Shown piece by piece: positions 24,924 through 33,014 of a DNA stretch of 37,727 bases (position 1 is its first letter; the number at the start of each line of letters is the position of its first letter). The translations under genes and the position numbers were made by a program. The DNA lies in the IMG/VR virus record IMGVR_UViG_3300045988_153647, positions 1-37,727 of that record; one strand, written 5' to 3'. Source of the stretch: a virus. The notes under the pieces were generated by a model. The model was not told the DNA's origin. It was given only the letters and a program-made list of their open reading frames with translations, and did not search any database.

Positions 24924-25642
24924 CTGTCAAAGCATGGGTTTCGACAGAGACGGGCCTGCCGTCGTTTTTCCTGGACGGGAAAGACCTCGGCGCTCAGGTC
25001 TACGCGGGTAATCGACTCGTGAACCCGCCTGGGACTCCGCAGGTTTTCAGCGACATGTTCGCATCCACCAGTGTGGAGACCGAGTACTCGATTGGGAGCC
25101 TGCGTTATTCCCTGCGTCGCGTCGGCCCGCCGCACGCGCTCGCATCACTGGACGGGCGCGTGACCGCTACGGTCTCGTGGATTGGTGACGACGCGCGCGC
25201 GTATGACACGCGCGTCGCGACGTTCGACCTGCAGGACCGTCGCACGGCCATTGCACGGTACGCGGCAGTCTCGGCAGAGCCAACGGGAAGGCTCGAATTC
25301 CTCGCATACGCAGAGGAATCAGCCCATGTTGAGCAACTGCTTCACGCGAGGCAGCCCCTCGTATCGCTTCACTCGCACGCTGCGTGCGGCCTGCGTGACT
25401 GCGACGTACCCGAGGTCAGGTGCGTGACAGTCACCGCCGCCTCGTCGAAGCGGACAGGTCGACGTGATCGCGTCCGCCGCGAGTGGACGCTCGATTACAA
25501 GCCTGCCGACATGCAGGAAGCCGCCACGGCGGCGGGCGGCGGCTCGCTAATCACGTGGGGCGCAGTGCAAGCAAAGTACGGGAAGTGGAGGCATATGACC
25601 TATTTGCAGGCTGCGCAGTGGCTGACGGGAATGCCGCTATGA
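24920..25642 (+). CDS. distal tail protein (Dit-like minor tail protein)
   Basis: 240 aa. The start overlaps the tape-measure stop. It occupies the canonical position. Confidence 0.5.
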   Translation: MTVKAWVSTETGLPSFFLDGKDLGAQVYAGNRLVNPPGTPQVFSDMFASTSVETEYSIGSLRYSLRRVGPPHALASLDGRVTATVSWIGDDARAYDTRVATFDLQDRRTAIARYAAVSAEPTGRLEFLAYAEESAHVEQLLHARQPLVSLHSHAACGLRDCDVPEVRCVTVTAASSKRTGRRDRVRREWTLDYKPADMQEAATAAGGGSLITWGAVQAKYGKWRHMTYLQAAQWLTGMPL

Positions 25643-26733
25643 GGCCCGGCCCCGATGTGCCCGTCCTGTCCGGGCCAGTCACCATCACGCCAGTGGTGAC
25701 GGCAGAATTCAAGGGCTCCTCGGTCATCGTCCCCGCGTGGGACGTGCAGATTGAGGCTTCAGCTGATCGCGCTGTGCAGACGCGCGTGACGTTTTCAGCA
25801 CCCCCGGAGTACGTGCCCGCGTCCTGGGATGCTCCGCTGGCGTGCTTCGGCCAGCGCGTCCACATCGCCGCGCGTATCGCGTCGCCCCGCGGCGAGTGGG
25901 ACGTACAGATAGGCGTGTACCAGATCGAGAGCTGGGAAGAGTCTGATGACGGCCACGTGTCCGTCGAGGCGTTGGATTTGACGCAGCGCCTCGAGAAAAA
26001 CGAGATGCTTTGGCCCTCGTCCCCACCCGAGGGCGCGACTCTCGCGTCTGAGGTACAGCGTCTCGCTGGCGAGCCGAGCGACGGTGGCGTTCAGACAGCC
26101 GTCGCCCGCAATTTCAGCATTCACAGGCTCTTCGAGTGGGGCACCGGGCGTCTCGACGCCATCCAAAAGCTCGTCGAGGCTTTCGGCATGGTCTACCGCG
26201 TCACTCCCGACGGGGTCCTCCACGTCACGCCAACGACGCCTACGGATGCTGCTGTTGCGACCTACACGGGCCGTGACCTGCTGATCTCCGCTAACCGTCG
26301 CAGCCGTGAGCGCCAGCCCAACCGGTGGATGGTCACTGGCTCTCCCAAGGGCGACGCGTCTGAGCGCGATGACGACGGGGAAAAGGAAGAGATCAAATGG
26401 GCCGCAGTCGTGGATAACTGGACTGACCCGCGATACAGGGCCGAAACGTACGGTGTCGTGACCTCGAGCAACACAATGGATATCGCTGAATCTGAGGAGC
26501 AGATTCGCGAGGCCGCTGAAACGTATATGGCGTCCTCGTTGGCTGCGTCTGAGGCGCGCGCCTTGCAGATTGTCACTGATCCGCGCCTCGAACTCGGTGA
26601 CGTCGTCGACGTACGAGTCACCCACCTGAACAGCACCGAGGCCCTGCGAGGCCGGGTGACGGGCTACTCGATGGCCCTCGATGACCCGGCGCAAGTTATG
26701 CGCGTCGACATAGAAATCCAAGACGGGAGGTAG
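25639..26733 (+). CDS. minor tail protein (Tal-like baseplate hub)
   Basis: ATG 25639 overlaps the upstream stop (ATGA). 364 aa. It is the second gene after the tape measure. Confidence 0.5.
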   Translation: MRPGPDVPVLSGPVTITPVVTAEFKGSSVIVPAWDVQIEASADRAVQTRVTFSAPPEYVPASWDAPLACFGQRVHIAARIASPRGEWDVQIGVYQIESWEESDDGHVSVEALDLTQRLEKNEMLWPSSPPEGATLASEVQRLAGEPSDGGVQTAVARNFSIHRLFEWGTGRLDAIQKLVEAFGMVYRVTPDGVLHVTPTTPTDAAVATYTGRDLLISANRRSRERQPNRWMVTGSPKGDASERDDDGEKEEIKWAAVVDNWTDPRYRAETYGVVTSSNTMDIAESEEQIREAAETYMASSLAASEARALQIVTDPRLELGDVVDVRVTHLNSTEALRGRVTGYSMALDDPAQVMRVDIEIQDGR

Positions 26734-26739
26734 GGGCCT

Positions 26740-27549
26740 GTGGATGCTTTGTCTTCGTGGCTTGACATCGCGCCTCCTCGGAGGTCAACGGCCATGGACG
26801 TCATGGCAGGGACGGTCACCTCGATCTACGACGAGGCTAACGGCCTCGTCGAGGTGCACCTCGACGGCTCCCCCGACGGACAGACCGTGATCACACAGTC
26901 TGCTGCAGGCCTAACCTACATCGGGGCGCGCGTGCGGGTCTCGAGGGGGTCTGATGGCGCTGCGACGATGGCCCATGCACCAGTGGTGCGCGCGCCACGC
27001 GGGACTCCCACAGTTGCGGTCGGTGAGACCGGCAGGGCTTTACAGGATCTCGCGGGCAAGTACAACGCGCTAGTTGACACTAGCGCGCCGGTACTCGGCT
27101 GGGACTCGGGTATTCGATCCACCGGATACGATGTGCCGCCCACGTACTGGGCTAGACTCCCTCTTTTCGAGGGCGGCGAGCTCGCCGCCTGCAGCGGTTT
27201 CACACAGGACGGCACAGCCAAAGCATACGAGGTTACTACCGAGGCTCCGGGCCTGTATGCGGTGAGCGCGCACGTCCACGCCTGGTCGACGGGCTGGGAC
27301 GGACCGATCACATGCGGAGTCAGCGTGCACCGGTCAGGGGCTGCCGCGCCGTCGAGCGTGTGGGACACACACCCACGCGCTGACGCATACGCGCCTGAGC
27401 GTCAGTACGCGACTCCGACCGCGTACGGGATCGTCCGCCTCGGCCTCGGCGACTCGATCAGCGTCCTGGTCAGAAACGGACAGACGTCGACGGTCGGCGT
27501 GTGGGGGTGGGCCATAAGCGCCACACTCGTCGCCACCTCAACTCGATAG
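26740..27549 (+). CDS. minor tail protein
   Basis: 269 aa with GGGAGG upstream of GTG 26740. It lies in the tail-tip module. Confidence 0.45.
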   Translation: MDALSSWLDIAPPRRSTAMDVMAGTVTSIYDEANGLVEVHLDGSPDGQTVITQSAAGLTYIGARVRVSRGSDGAATMAHAPVVRAPRGTPTVAVGETGRALQDLAGKYNALVDTSAPVLGWDSGIRSTGYDVPPTYWARLPLFEGGELAACSGFTQDGTAKAYEVTTEAPGLYAVSAHVHAWSTGWDGPITCGVSVHRSGAAAPSSVWDTHPRADAYAPERQYATPTAYGIVRLGLGDSISVLVRNGQTSTVGVWGWAISATLVATSTR

Positions 27550-27557
27550 GAAGAAAT

Positions 27558-28148
27558 ATGCAAAGGCGTTGGAATGGGGTACAGATCCCAGGCCCGTCGG
27601 ACGATTATCTGGCCTCGTGGCCGGTGACCGCTGACTCGATCAACAACGTGGTGACTTGCCACAATCAGTCTTCGGCGGACGCGATTGTCAACGCGGCGAA
27701 AGCCGCTGGCACAGTCATCTCAGAGTCTAATCCTGTCTTTGTGTATAGGACGGACTTGGGGTGTCTGACCGCGTGTAACGGGCGCGGGTGGGCCGACGTG
27801 TCAGGCAAGAACTTGCCCTGGCAGACCCTGCCCGTCTCATCCGGATGGGCGGTCGCAGGCGGCCACACGCCAACGATTTGTATGCGTGGGGGTGTTGTCC
27901 AGTTGTCTGGTGCCGTCGTGTCAAACGGCGGCGACCAGGACAATATCCTGACGATCCCAGCGCAGTTCAGGCCGACCTCAGAGCAATTCATTGGCGCATC
28001 CGTAACCGCTAATGGCTCTGACTTTGAGTCCACTTATGCGGAACTCAGGGTGCAAACGAACGGTCGGCTTGGCATCAAGCGGTACACGACTGTCCGATTG
28101 GGCAATGGCTGGATTGTCCCAGTCTCGGCCTGTTACATCCCGTGGTGA
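27558..28148 (+). CDS. minor tail / putative receptor-binding protein
   Basis: ATG 27558, 196 aa. It is the last structural gene before lysis, and its G+C is somewhat lower than that of its neighbours. Confidence 0.4.
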   Translation: MQRRWNGVQIPGPSDDYLASWPVTADSINNVVTCHNQSSADAIVNAAKAAGTVISESNPVFVYRTDLGCLTACNGRGWADVSGKNLPWQTLPVSSGWAVAGGHTPTICMRGGVVQLSGAVVSNGGDQDNILTIPAQFRPTSEQFIGASVTANGSDFESTYAELRVQTNGRLGIKRYTTVRLGNGWIVPVSACYIPW

Positions 28149-28166
28149 CAAACAGAAAGGACAATT

Positions 28167-28952
28167 ATGGGGGAATTTACCCCGGCCCATTACTACGAGC
28201 AACGTGAGGTGCCGTGCCGTGTGGTTGTTCTCCACACGATGGAGGCCCCCGAGGGGACAAACACGGCGGAAAACGTTGCGCGTTATTTCGCTGGCGGCAG
28301 CGTCGTCGCATCCGCACACGCGTGCGTGGATGAGGACTCTGTTGTCGTCTGTCTCCCCCCGTCCGCTGTCGCTTTTGCAGCCCCCGGCTGCAACGCGGAC
28401 GGTTATCAAGTGGAACACGCTGGCTTCGCGCGCCAGTCCCCCGAAGAATGGGGCGATCAGGCGTCTATCAGCATGCTCAAGCTCTCTGCTGCCCACACCA
28501 GGCAGATCGCACAGCAGCTCGGCATCCCGCTCCGTCATCTCAGCGATGACGAGCTCGCAAACGGGTCGGCGGGATTCGTGGGACACGATCAGGTGTCCCG
28601 CGTCTACAAGAAGTCTGACCACACTGACCCCGGCGGGTCGTTCCCGTGGGCCTATTACATGGCCCTCGTCAATGGTACCGACACGATCACAGAACACGAC
28701 CACAAGGAAGAAGAGGACATGCAGTTTATTCGCAGCCGGCAGACCGGCACCATCTACGCAGTGACGCCACTGGCGGTCACCCCCATGAAGTCCGCGAAAA
28801 CGTGGCTTGACATGGTAAAGTCGTACGCGCTCGACGACTCCTACACCGTCAGTCTCGACGATGGAGACATTGCCTCCATCGCCGCCGACGCAGCCGCACG
28901 CCGCAAGCTCCTCGCCGACGACATCGCCGCCGCCCTCAAGGCAGGTGCCTGA
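28167..28952 (+). CDS. endolysin, N-acetylmuramoyl-L-alanine amidase (Amidase_2/PGRP type) with a C-terminal binding domain
   Basis: VVLHTMEAPEG...ASAHACVD...VEHAG...GFVGHDQVS...HTDPG matches the zinc-amidase (T7 lysozyme/PGRP) signature. Confidence 0.85.
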   Translation: MGEFTPAHYYEQREVPCRVVVLHTMEAPEGTNTAENVARYFAGGSVVASAHACVDEDSVVVCLPPSAVAFAAPGCNADGYQVEHAGFARQSPEEWGDQASISMLKLSAAHTRQIAQQLGIPLRHLSDDELANGSAGFVGHDQVSRVYKKSDHTDPGGSFPWAYYMALVNGTDTITEHDHKEEEDMQFIRSRQTGTIYAVTPLAVTPMKSAKTWLDMVKSYALDDSYTVSLDDGDIASIAADAAARRKLLADDIAAALKAGA

Positions 28953-29320
28953 TGAACGACATCCTCCTCAACCTCCATCAGGACCCCTTCGTCATGACGG
29001 TCCTCTGCGGCCTCGTCTGGCCGCTCATCCAAGCATCACTTGACAAGCCCTGGTGGACCCGCGAGCGCCGCGTGGGTCTGCTCGTCGCTGTCGCCGTTGT
29101 TGTGACGGTTGGCGTCTGGCTGTCGGGGTCGTACCCGGCGACTTGGCGTCTGCTCACGGCTCAACTGTCGGTGTTCCTCGGCACCGCCTGGTCTGTGTAT
29201 CAGGTGCTCGCCGCTGTGAAGATCAACGGCTGGTCTCTCCTTGATTGGGCGGGCGCTGTGACGCCCGGCGGCGTGGATCGTGACGATCTGATGGGTGGCG
29301 GTGAGGAGCGTATCGAGTGA
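28952..29320 (+). CDS. holin
   Basis: 122 aa with several hydrophobic helices (VMTVLCGLVWPLI, VGLLVAVAVVVTVGVWL, LSVFLGTAWSVYQVLAAV). It lies directly after the endolysin with a TGATG overlap. Confidence 0.65.
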   Translation: MNDILLNLHQDPFVMTVLCGLVWPLIQASLDKPWWTRERRVGLLVAVAVVVTVGVWLSGSYPATWRLLTAQLSVFLGTAWSVYQVLAAVKINGWSLLDWAGAVTPGGVDRDDLMGGGEERIE

Positions 29321-29844
29321 CCCCTGCTGAGTTCGCGGCGGTGATGAGCGCCGTCAGCGGCCTTGCGGGCGGCCTCGTCACCGCCGTGAGCGTGGCGACC
29401 GGCCTGAAATGGGGCCGCGAGAAGGCCAAGGCCGATGCCGAGCTCGCGCGTGAGCAGGTCGGTAAAGCCAAGGCCGACCGGCTGCATGCGGAGACCTCGG
29501 CGCAACTCGAGTCTATCGCGGGCGATATCAGCGCCCGCCTCGCCGCCCTCGATGAGGCCGTCGCGGACGTGCGTCATGAGGTCACGCCTAATCACGGCGG
29601 GTCCATGAAGGACGCCATTACCCGTGTAGAAAGCGCACAGGCCACGGTCCTGCAAACTCTCAACGCCCACAGCAACGCTCTGGACGCGCACGGACAGCTC
29701 TTGGACGCGCACGGACAGCTCTTGGGCCAGATCGCCGCCCGCCAGGACAGCGATCTGGCCCAACTGTCGACAAGGATCGACACTCTCACATCCACGGCTG
29801 CGGCTGAGCACGAGCTGCTGCGTCGCGGCCTCACAGAAAACTAG
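29317..29844 (+). CDS. membrane-anchored coiled-coil protein of the lysis cassette
   Basis: N-terminal TM helix (VMSAVSGLAGGLVTAVSVATGL) followed by Ala/Leu/Gln-rich coiled coil. It contains a 21-bp perfect tandem duplication at 29681-29722. Confidence 0.5.
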   Translation: MTPAEFAAVMSAVSGLAGGLVTAVSVATGLKWGREKAKADAELAREQVGKAKADRLHAETSAQLESIAGDISARLAALDEAVADVRHEVTPNHGGSMKDAITRVESAQATVLQTLNAHSNALDAHGQLLDAHGQLLGQIAARQDSDLAQLSTRIDTLTSTAAAEHELLRRGLTEN

Positions 29845-29854
29845 AGGACACCCT

Positions 29855-30916
29855 ATGTCTGTCTCGATCCGCGGGCACGTCACCGGCCCGACCGGAAAAC
29901 CCGTCTCGGTTGCGTTGAGCGCGACCCCAGTTCCTAATCCGTCGCGCACGCAGGCGGGGGATATCATCGTTGGTGGTCTCCTCGCCGACGCACAGGACGG
30001 GAACATCGATACGTCGCTCACACCGGGCCGATACGTTCTGACAGTGATGAGCGCCTCGGCGGCGATCCTCGCCGAACGCGAGGTGCAGCTTGTCGACGGT
30101 CAGGTCATGAAGATCGGCGAACTCCTCTCCCCCGGATCCCAGCCCACACCGACCCCTCAGCCGGGCGGCACCGTGATCGTCGACGCCGACGGCCATCCCG
30201 TCGCGCTCGCATCCATCAAGATCGTGCACTCGACGGGTGAGGCTGAGGCGCTCGCGGACGGGGAAATCTATCTCCTCGCCGCGGATGTGCCCTCGCCTGG
30301 CCCCGCGCCGGTGGCTGCTCCCACAGTGATCGCGCACGCCGCTGGCCACGCGGCAGGCGACCGCATCACGGTGACCGCGGCGGGCGGCCAGGCAGGGGAC
30401 CGCGTCATCCTCATCCTCAATGTGAAGGGGTCCGACGCTGAATTCACGGCCCCCACCGGCTGGGACACTCTCCTACAGCCCTACTACCAGGGCACAATGC
30501 GATTCGTCATCATGACCGGCGGCTGGGCTGAGACCATGGAGGTCACGACCTCCAAGCCCGTGACCGGATCGTGGGCCGCAGTAGTTGTGCGCGGCGGCGG
30601 CCAGCCGGTCGTCGGCGCTGTCAAGAAACGCAACGAAGAACCTACCGAGACTGTGACGGTGACTGCGCCTGTCGTCGAAACGGAAGGCCTGGCGCTCGCG
30701 GTGGCGTGTGAGCGCACATCCGCGAACGAGACAGACGAGCAGATCAGCGTATCTGCAGGCTGGGAGAAGATCGTTTCTGCCCTGCAGGACGGCGAAGCAT
30801 GGGAGACCATCGTCGTCGCCAAACGCGTTGCTCCTGGCTCGGACCAGTCCATCTTCACCTACCCCAATGCCCAGGCGACAAACGGGTGCGGCGTGCAGGT
30901 GGTGATCCCCAAGTGA
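29855..30916 (+). CDS. hypothetical protein (353 aa), post-lysis cargo
   Basis: The N-terminal ~90 aa resemble a prealbumin/carboxypeptidase-regulatory-like beta domain (IRGHVTGPTGKPV...TPGRYVLTV). A Pro-rich linker follows, then an unknown C-terminal domain. No signal peptide. Confidence 0.55.
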   Translation: MSVSIRGHVTGPTGKPVSVALSATPVPNPSRTQAGDIIVGGLLADAQDGNIDTSLTPGRYVLTVMSASAAILAEREVQLVDGQVMKIGELLSPGSQPTPTPQPGGTVIVDADGHPVALASIKIVHSTGEAEALADGEIYLLAADVPSPGPAPVAAPTVIAHAAGHAAGDRITVTAAGGQAGDRVILILNVKGSDAEFTAPTGWDTLLQPYYQGTMRFVIMTGGWAETMEVTTSKPVTGSWAAVVVRGGGQPVVGAVKKRNEEPTETVTVTAPVVETEGLALAVACERTSANETDEQISVSAGWEKIVSALQDGEAWETIVVAKRVAPGSDQSIFTYPNAQATNGCGVQVVIPK

Positions 30917-31764
30917 GCCACCAACTGCACGTTCGCCGCCGCGACGGTGGCGATCTTGTTGGGCGCTTGTATCGGCGTCGCCGCGATGGTGGCGATCAGC
31001 GCCTGTACGCGCCCGGAGAAACCGACGAAACGAGCACGGACCTTGTCACCAGGTTCTTCCAGGGGCGTCCGTTTTACATCAGCCACCGGCTCGGTGGCGA
31101 TGAATACCCGGAGTTCACGAGGCGCGGCCTTGACGCGTCGCTGCGCGCTGGTTTCAAGGCGCTCGAGCTCTCCGTCCGCCGCTGCGGGAGCGGTGAGTAC
31201 GTGCTCATGCACGACTGGAAAACCAGCCGCACTGTCCCCGGAACTGATTATGCGATCTGGAACACTCCCTGGGCGACGCTCAAAACACTGCAGCAGGCGT
31301 CTGGGCCGATCATGCTCCTCGACGAGGTCCTCGACACCATCCCGAAGGACGTCATCCTCGCAGTCGACCACAAGACGACGTCCTCGAAAGCCGACGCGTC
31401 CGAAGGTGACCTGCAGTCTGAGCTTGACTTGTACGAGGCCCTCGACGCCGCTTTCGGTGGTCGACCGCAGGACCGGGTGGTCTGGAAGAGTTTCGCCAAG
31501 GGCGGCGGTGCGCGCCGCGCCCGAGCACGTGGTTTCAAAACCATGTGCATGTTCTACGAGACCGAACTCGCGGACGCGCGATTCGAGGAGTGGGACGTTC
31601 TCGGTCTTGAGTGGAACGCATCCCAGACAGCCTGGGAGATGCTGACAGCGACGGGGAAACCCACGGTCGCGCACATCATCACGAACACCGGGCAGTCCTC
31701 AACGGCGTTCAGCAAGGGCGCCCGCGGCCTCATGTGCTCGCGCCCCTCAGACATCCACCCCTAA
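30913..31764 (+). CDS. glycerophosphodiester phosphodiesterase (GDPD/PI-PLC-like) family protein; N-terminal limit uncertain
   Basis: FYISHRLGGDEYPEFTRRGLDASLRAGFKALELSVRRCGSGEYVLMHDW matches the GDPD signature (HR-G...PE-T...E-D...HD). Only GTG 30913 or TTG 30967 are available as in-frame starts, and the first ~45 codons look out of frame. Confidence 0.65.
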   Translation: MSHQLHVRRRDGGDLVGRLYRRRRDGGDQRLYAPGETDETSTDLVTRFFQGRPFYISHRLGGDEYPEFTRRGLDASLRAGFKALELSVRRCGSGEYVLMHDWKTSRTVPGTDYAIWNTPWATLKTLQQASGPIMLLDEVLDTIPKDVILAVDHKTTSSKADASEGDLQSELDLYEALDAAFGGRPQDRVVWKSFAKGGGARRARARGFKTMCMFYETELADARFEEWDVLGLEWNASQTAWEMLTATGKPTVAHIITNTGQSSTAFSKGARGLMCSRPSDIHP

Positions 31765-31778
31765 CGCCCGCACAGAAA

Positions 31779-31817
31779 AGCCCCCCACCACCCAATTCGC
31801 ATGGGTGGTGGGGGGCT
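31779..31817. terminator. Bidirectional intrinsic terminator between convergent genes (16-bp stem agccccccaccaccca / tgggtggtggggggct)
   Basis: Perfect inverted repeat flanked by AAAA on the left and TTT on the right. It sits between the GDPD stop (31764) and the leftward gene stop (31823). Confidence 0.8.
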
Positions 31818-31822
31818 TTCGC

Positions 31823-32515
31823 TCATCTGTCTGCGTGACGCGCCCGCTGAGTACGACTGACCGCACGAAACGTATCATCAGTGCGCGACGCCGCAGCAGC
31901 CTCGGGATCACGCACCCTAGCGAGCCGCGCCAGATTCTCAGGCCTTGCAGAGCTACGACCGATGCGCTCACGCATGCTGGCGGCAGCGAGCTTCGTAGAG
32001 CGCGGCAGCTCGTACGCCTCCCTGTATTCGTCGGCACTCAGGCCATGCGCGAGCGCGACGTGCGCCGCAAGATTCAGATACGCGCGCCCGCACTCATGGC
32101 AGATGAGCCGACCCTCCGCATCCTCGCTGATACGCCCGTACACGCCCGCCCCGACAGGCTGACCAACGCGCGGCGTAGCCTCGCCAGCATGCTTGCCACG
32201 CGCAGCCTTGTAGTGGCGCAGACACAGGCCGTGCGAAACGGCGTCGCGCTCGCAGCCAGGGGCCGCACACAGGGCCGCCGGAGTGCCCTGTGCGCGGATC
32301 CAGCGCCGCTGCGCGGCCCACTCCTCGACGGCTGCGGCACTCCACCAATAGGAATGCCCGACACGGACAGGCCGCAGCCCCTCACGACGCATTGTCTTGC
32401 TGAGCTCGCGTACGTTCCGATCCACACCGATGAGGGCGGGCACCTCTACGGTGGGGATGTATCCGCGCTCGCGGGCTTCGGCTTCGCTCATCGCGGCGTC
32501 AACATCTTGTCTCAT
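31823..32515 (-). CDS. multi-domain DNA-binding protein: N-terminal excisionase/MerR-like HTH, Cys/His cluster, C-terminal Ros/MucR-type zinc finger
   Basis: C-terminal LICHECGRAYLNLAAHVALAHGLSADEYREAYELP fits the Ros/MucR pattern C-x2-C-x9-H-x4-H ... E-Y-R-x2-[WY]-x-L-P. The N-terminal VPALIGVDRNVRELSKTMRREGLRPVRVGHSYWWSAAAVEEW is HTH_17-like. The middle carries CAAPGCERDAVSHGLCLRHY. Confidence 0.6.
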   Translation of the reverse strand: MRQDVDAAMSEAEARERGYIPTVEVPALIGVDRNVRELSKTMRREGLRPVRVGHSYWWSAAAVEEWAAQRRWIRAQGTPAALCAAPGCERDAVSHGLCLRHYKAARGKHAGEATPRVGQPVGAGVYGRISEDAEGRLICHECGRAYLNLAAHVALAHGLSADEYREAYELPRSTKLAAASMRERIGRSSARPENLARLARVRDPEAAAASRTDDTFRAVSRTQRARHADR

Positions 32516-32537
32516 CGCGCCCCCTGTCGCACGAATT

Positions 32538-32575
32538 GGCCCCCGGCCCTTCCCTCTCGGGAGGAGCCGGGGGCC
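32538..32575 (-). terminator. Strong GC hairpin (10-bp stem ggcccccggc / gccgggggcc plus inner pairs) between the 34-aa ORF and the MucR-like gene
   Basis: Inverted repeat read directly. On the minus-strand RNA it is followed by AAUUCGUG, a weak U-tract. Terminator or attenuator. Confidence 0.45.
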
Positions 32576-32583
32576 TTAGTGTG

Positions 32584-32688
32584 TCAGTCCTCCGTGATCT
32601 TGTAACCGTTGGAGGCGAGCAGCTCGCGGTCGCCGTCGAGGAGGAGGCGGTCGGTGTCGGCGTTGGTGTCGATCAAGTAGGTGTTCAT
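32584..32688 (-). CDS. 34-aa ORF, truncated paralogue of the 33488..33904 gene
   Basis: MNTYLIDTNADTDRLLLDGDRELLASNGYKITED. It has the same RBS and start context and the same first residues (MNT..TDTNAD) as the 138-aa gene. Its tail resembles EDRALLDANGFEVSEL of that gene. Confidence 0.5.
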   Translation of the reverse strand: MNTYLIDTNADTDRLLLDGDRELLASNGYKITED

Positions 32689-32749
32689 TGTCTTTCTCCT
32701 TCTGAGGTTCGGGGGGCTTGTCCCTCCCGATAACCTAACTATACATCGC
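32686..32749 (-). promoter_or_regulatory. Copy A of a duplicated promoter/leader/start-codon segment (about 64 bp, near-identical to 33902-33965)
   Basis: The minus strand reads tatagtt-aggttatcgggagggacaagccccccgaacctcagaaggagaaagacaATG. This gives a TAnnnT-like box, an 8-bp leader hairpin with one bulged A (tcgggaggg/ccccccga), and AAGGAGAAAG as the RBS. Confidence 0.6.
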
Positions 32750-32789
32750 GCATGACGCATAGTGTAAGCTGAAATGAATGTGATGCGCA

Positions 32790-33005
32790 CTACTTGCGCA
32801 GGTCGGTACGTGCGCCCTGGCCGGGCCTCGCCGCTTGCCAGGCATCGATGGTCTCGGGCGCCCATCCGCGCAGCGGACCTGACGGCGTCGTGATAATGAC
32901 GTCAGCGGGCGGCGTCAAGCCCTTGCGCATGTATGAGCGGATGGTCGCCGGTGCTAGCCCGGCGCGGGCAGCGAAGTCAGCGGCGCCCAAATATTCACGA
33001 GGCAT
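32790..33005 (-). CDS. excisionase/MerR-like HTH DNA-binding protein (71 aa)
   Basis: YLGAADFAARAGLAPATIRSYMRKGLTPP...GWAPETIDAWQAARPGQGARTD is the HTH_17-type pattern. Confidence 0.65.
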   Translation of the reverse strand: MPREYLGAADFAARAGLAPATIRSYMRKGLTPPADVIITTPSGPLRGWAPETIDAWQAARPGQGARTDLRK

Positions 33006-33014
33006 AGATCCTCC

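Noticed and set aside
30947-31645. A 232-aa frame-2 ORF overlapping the GDPD gene.
   Set aside because: Only its first ~25 codons (the signal-peptide-like part) look genuine. The remainder is Arg/Ser-rich off-frame sequence opposite a clear GDPD domain. The N-terminal part is reported as a finding, not as a separate gene.
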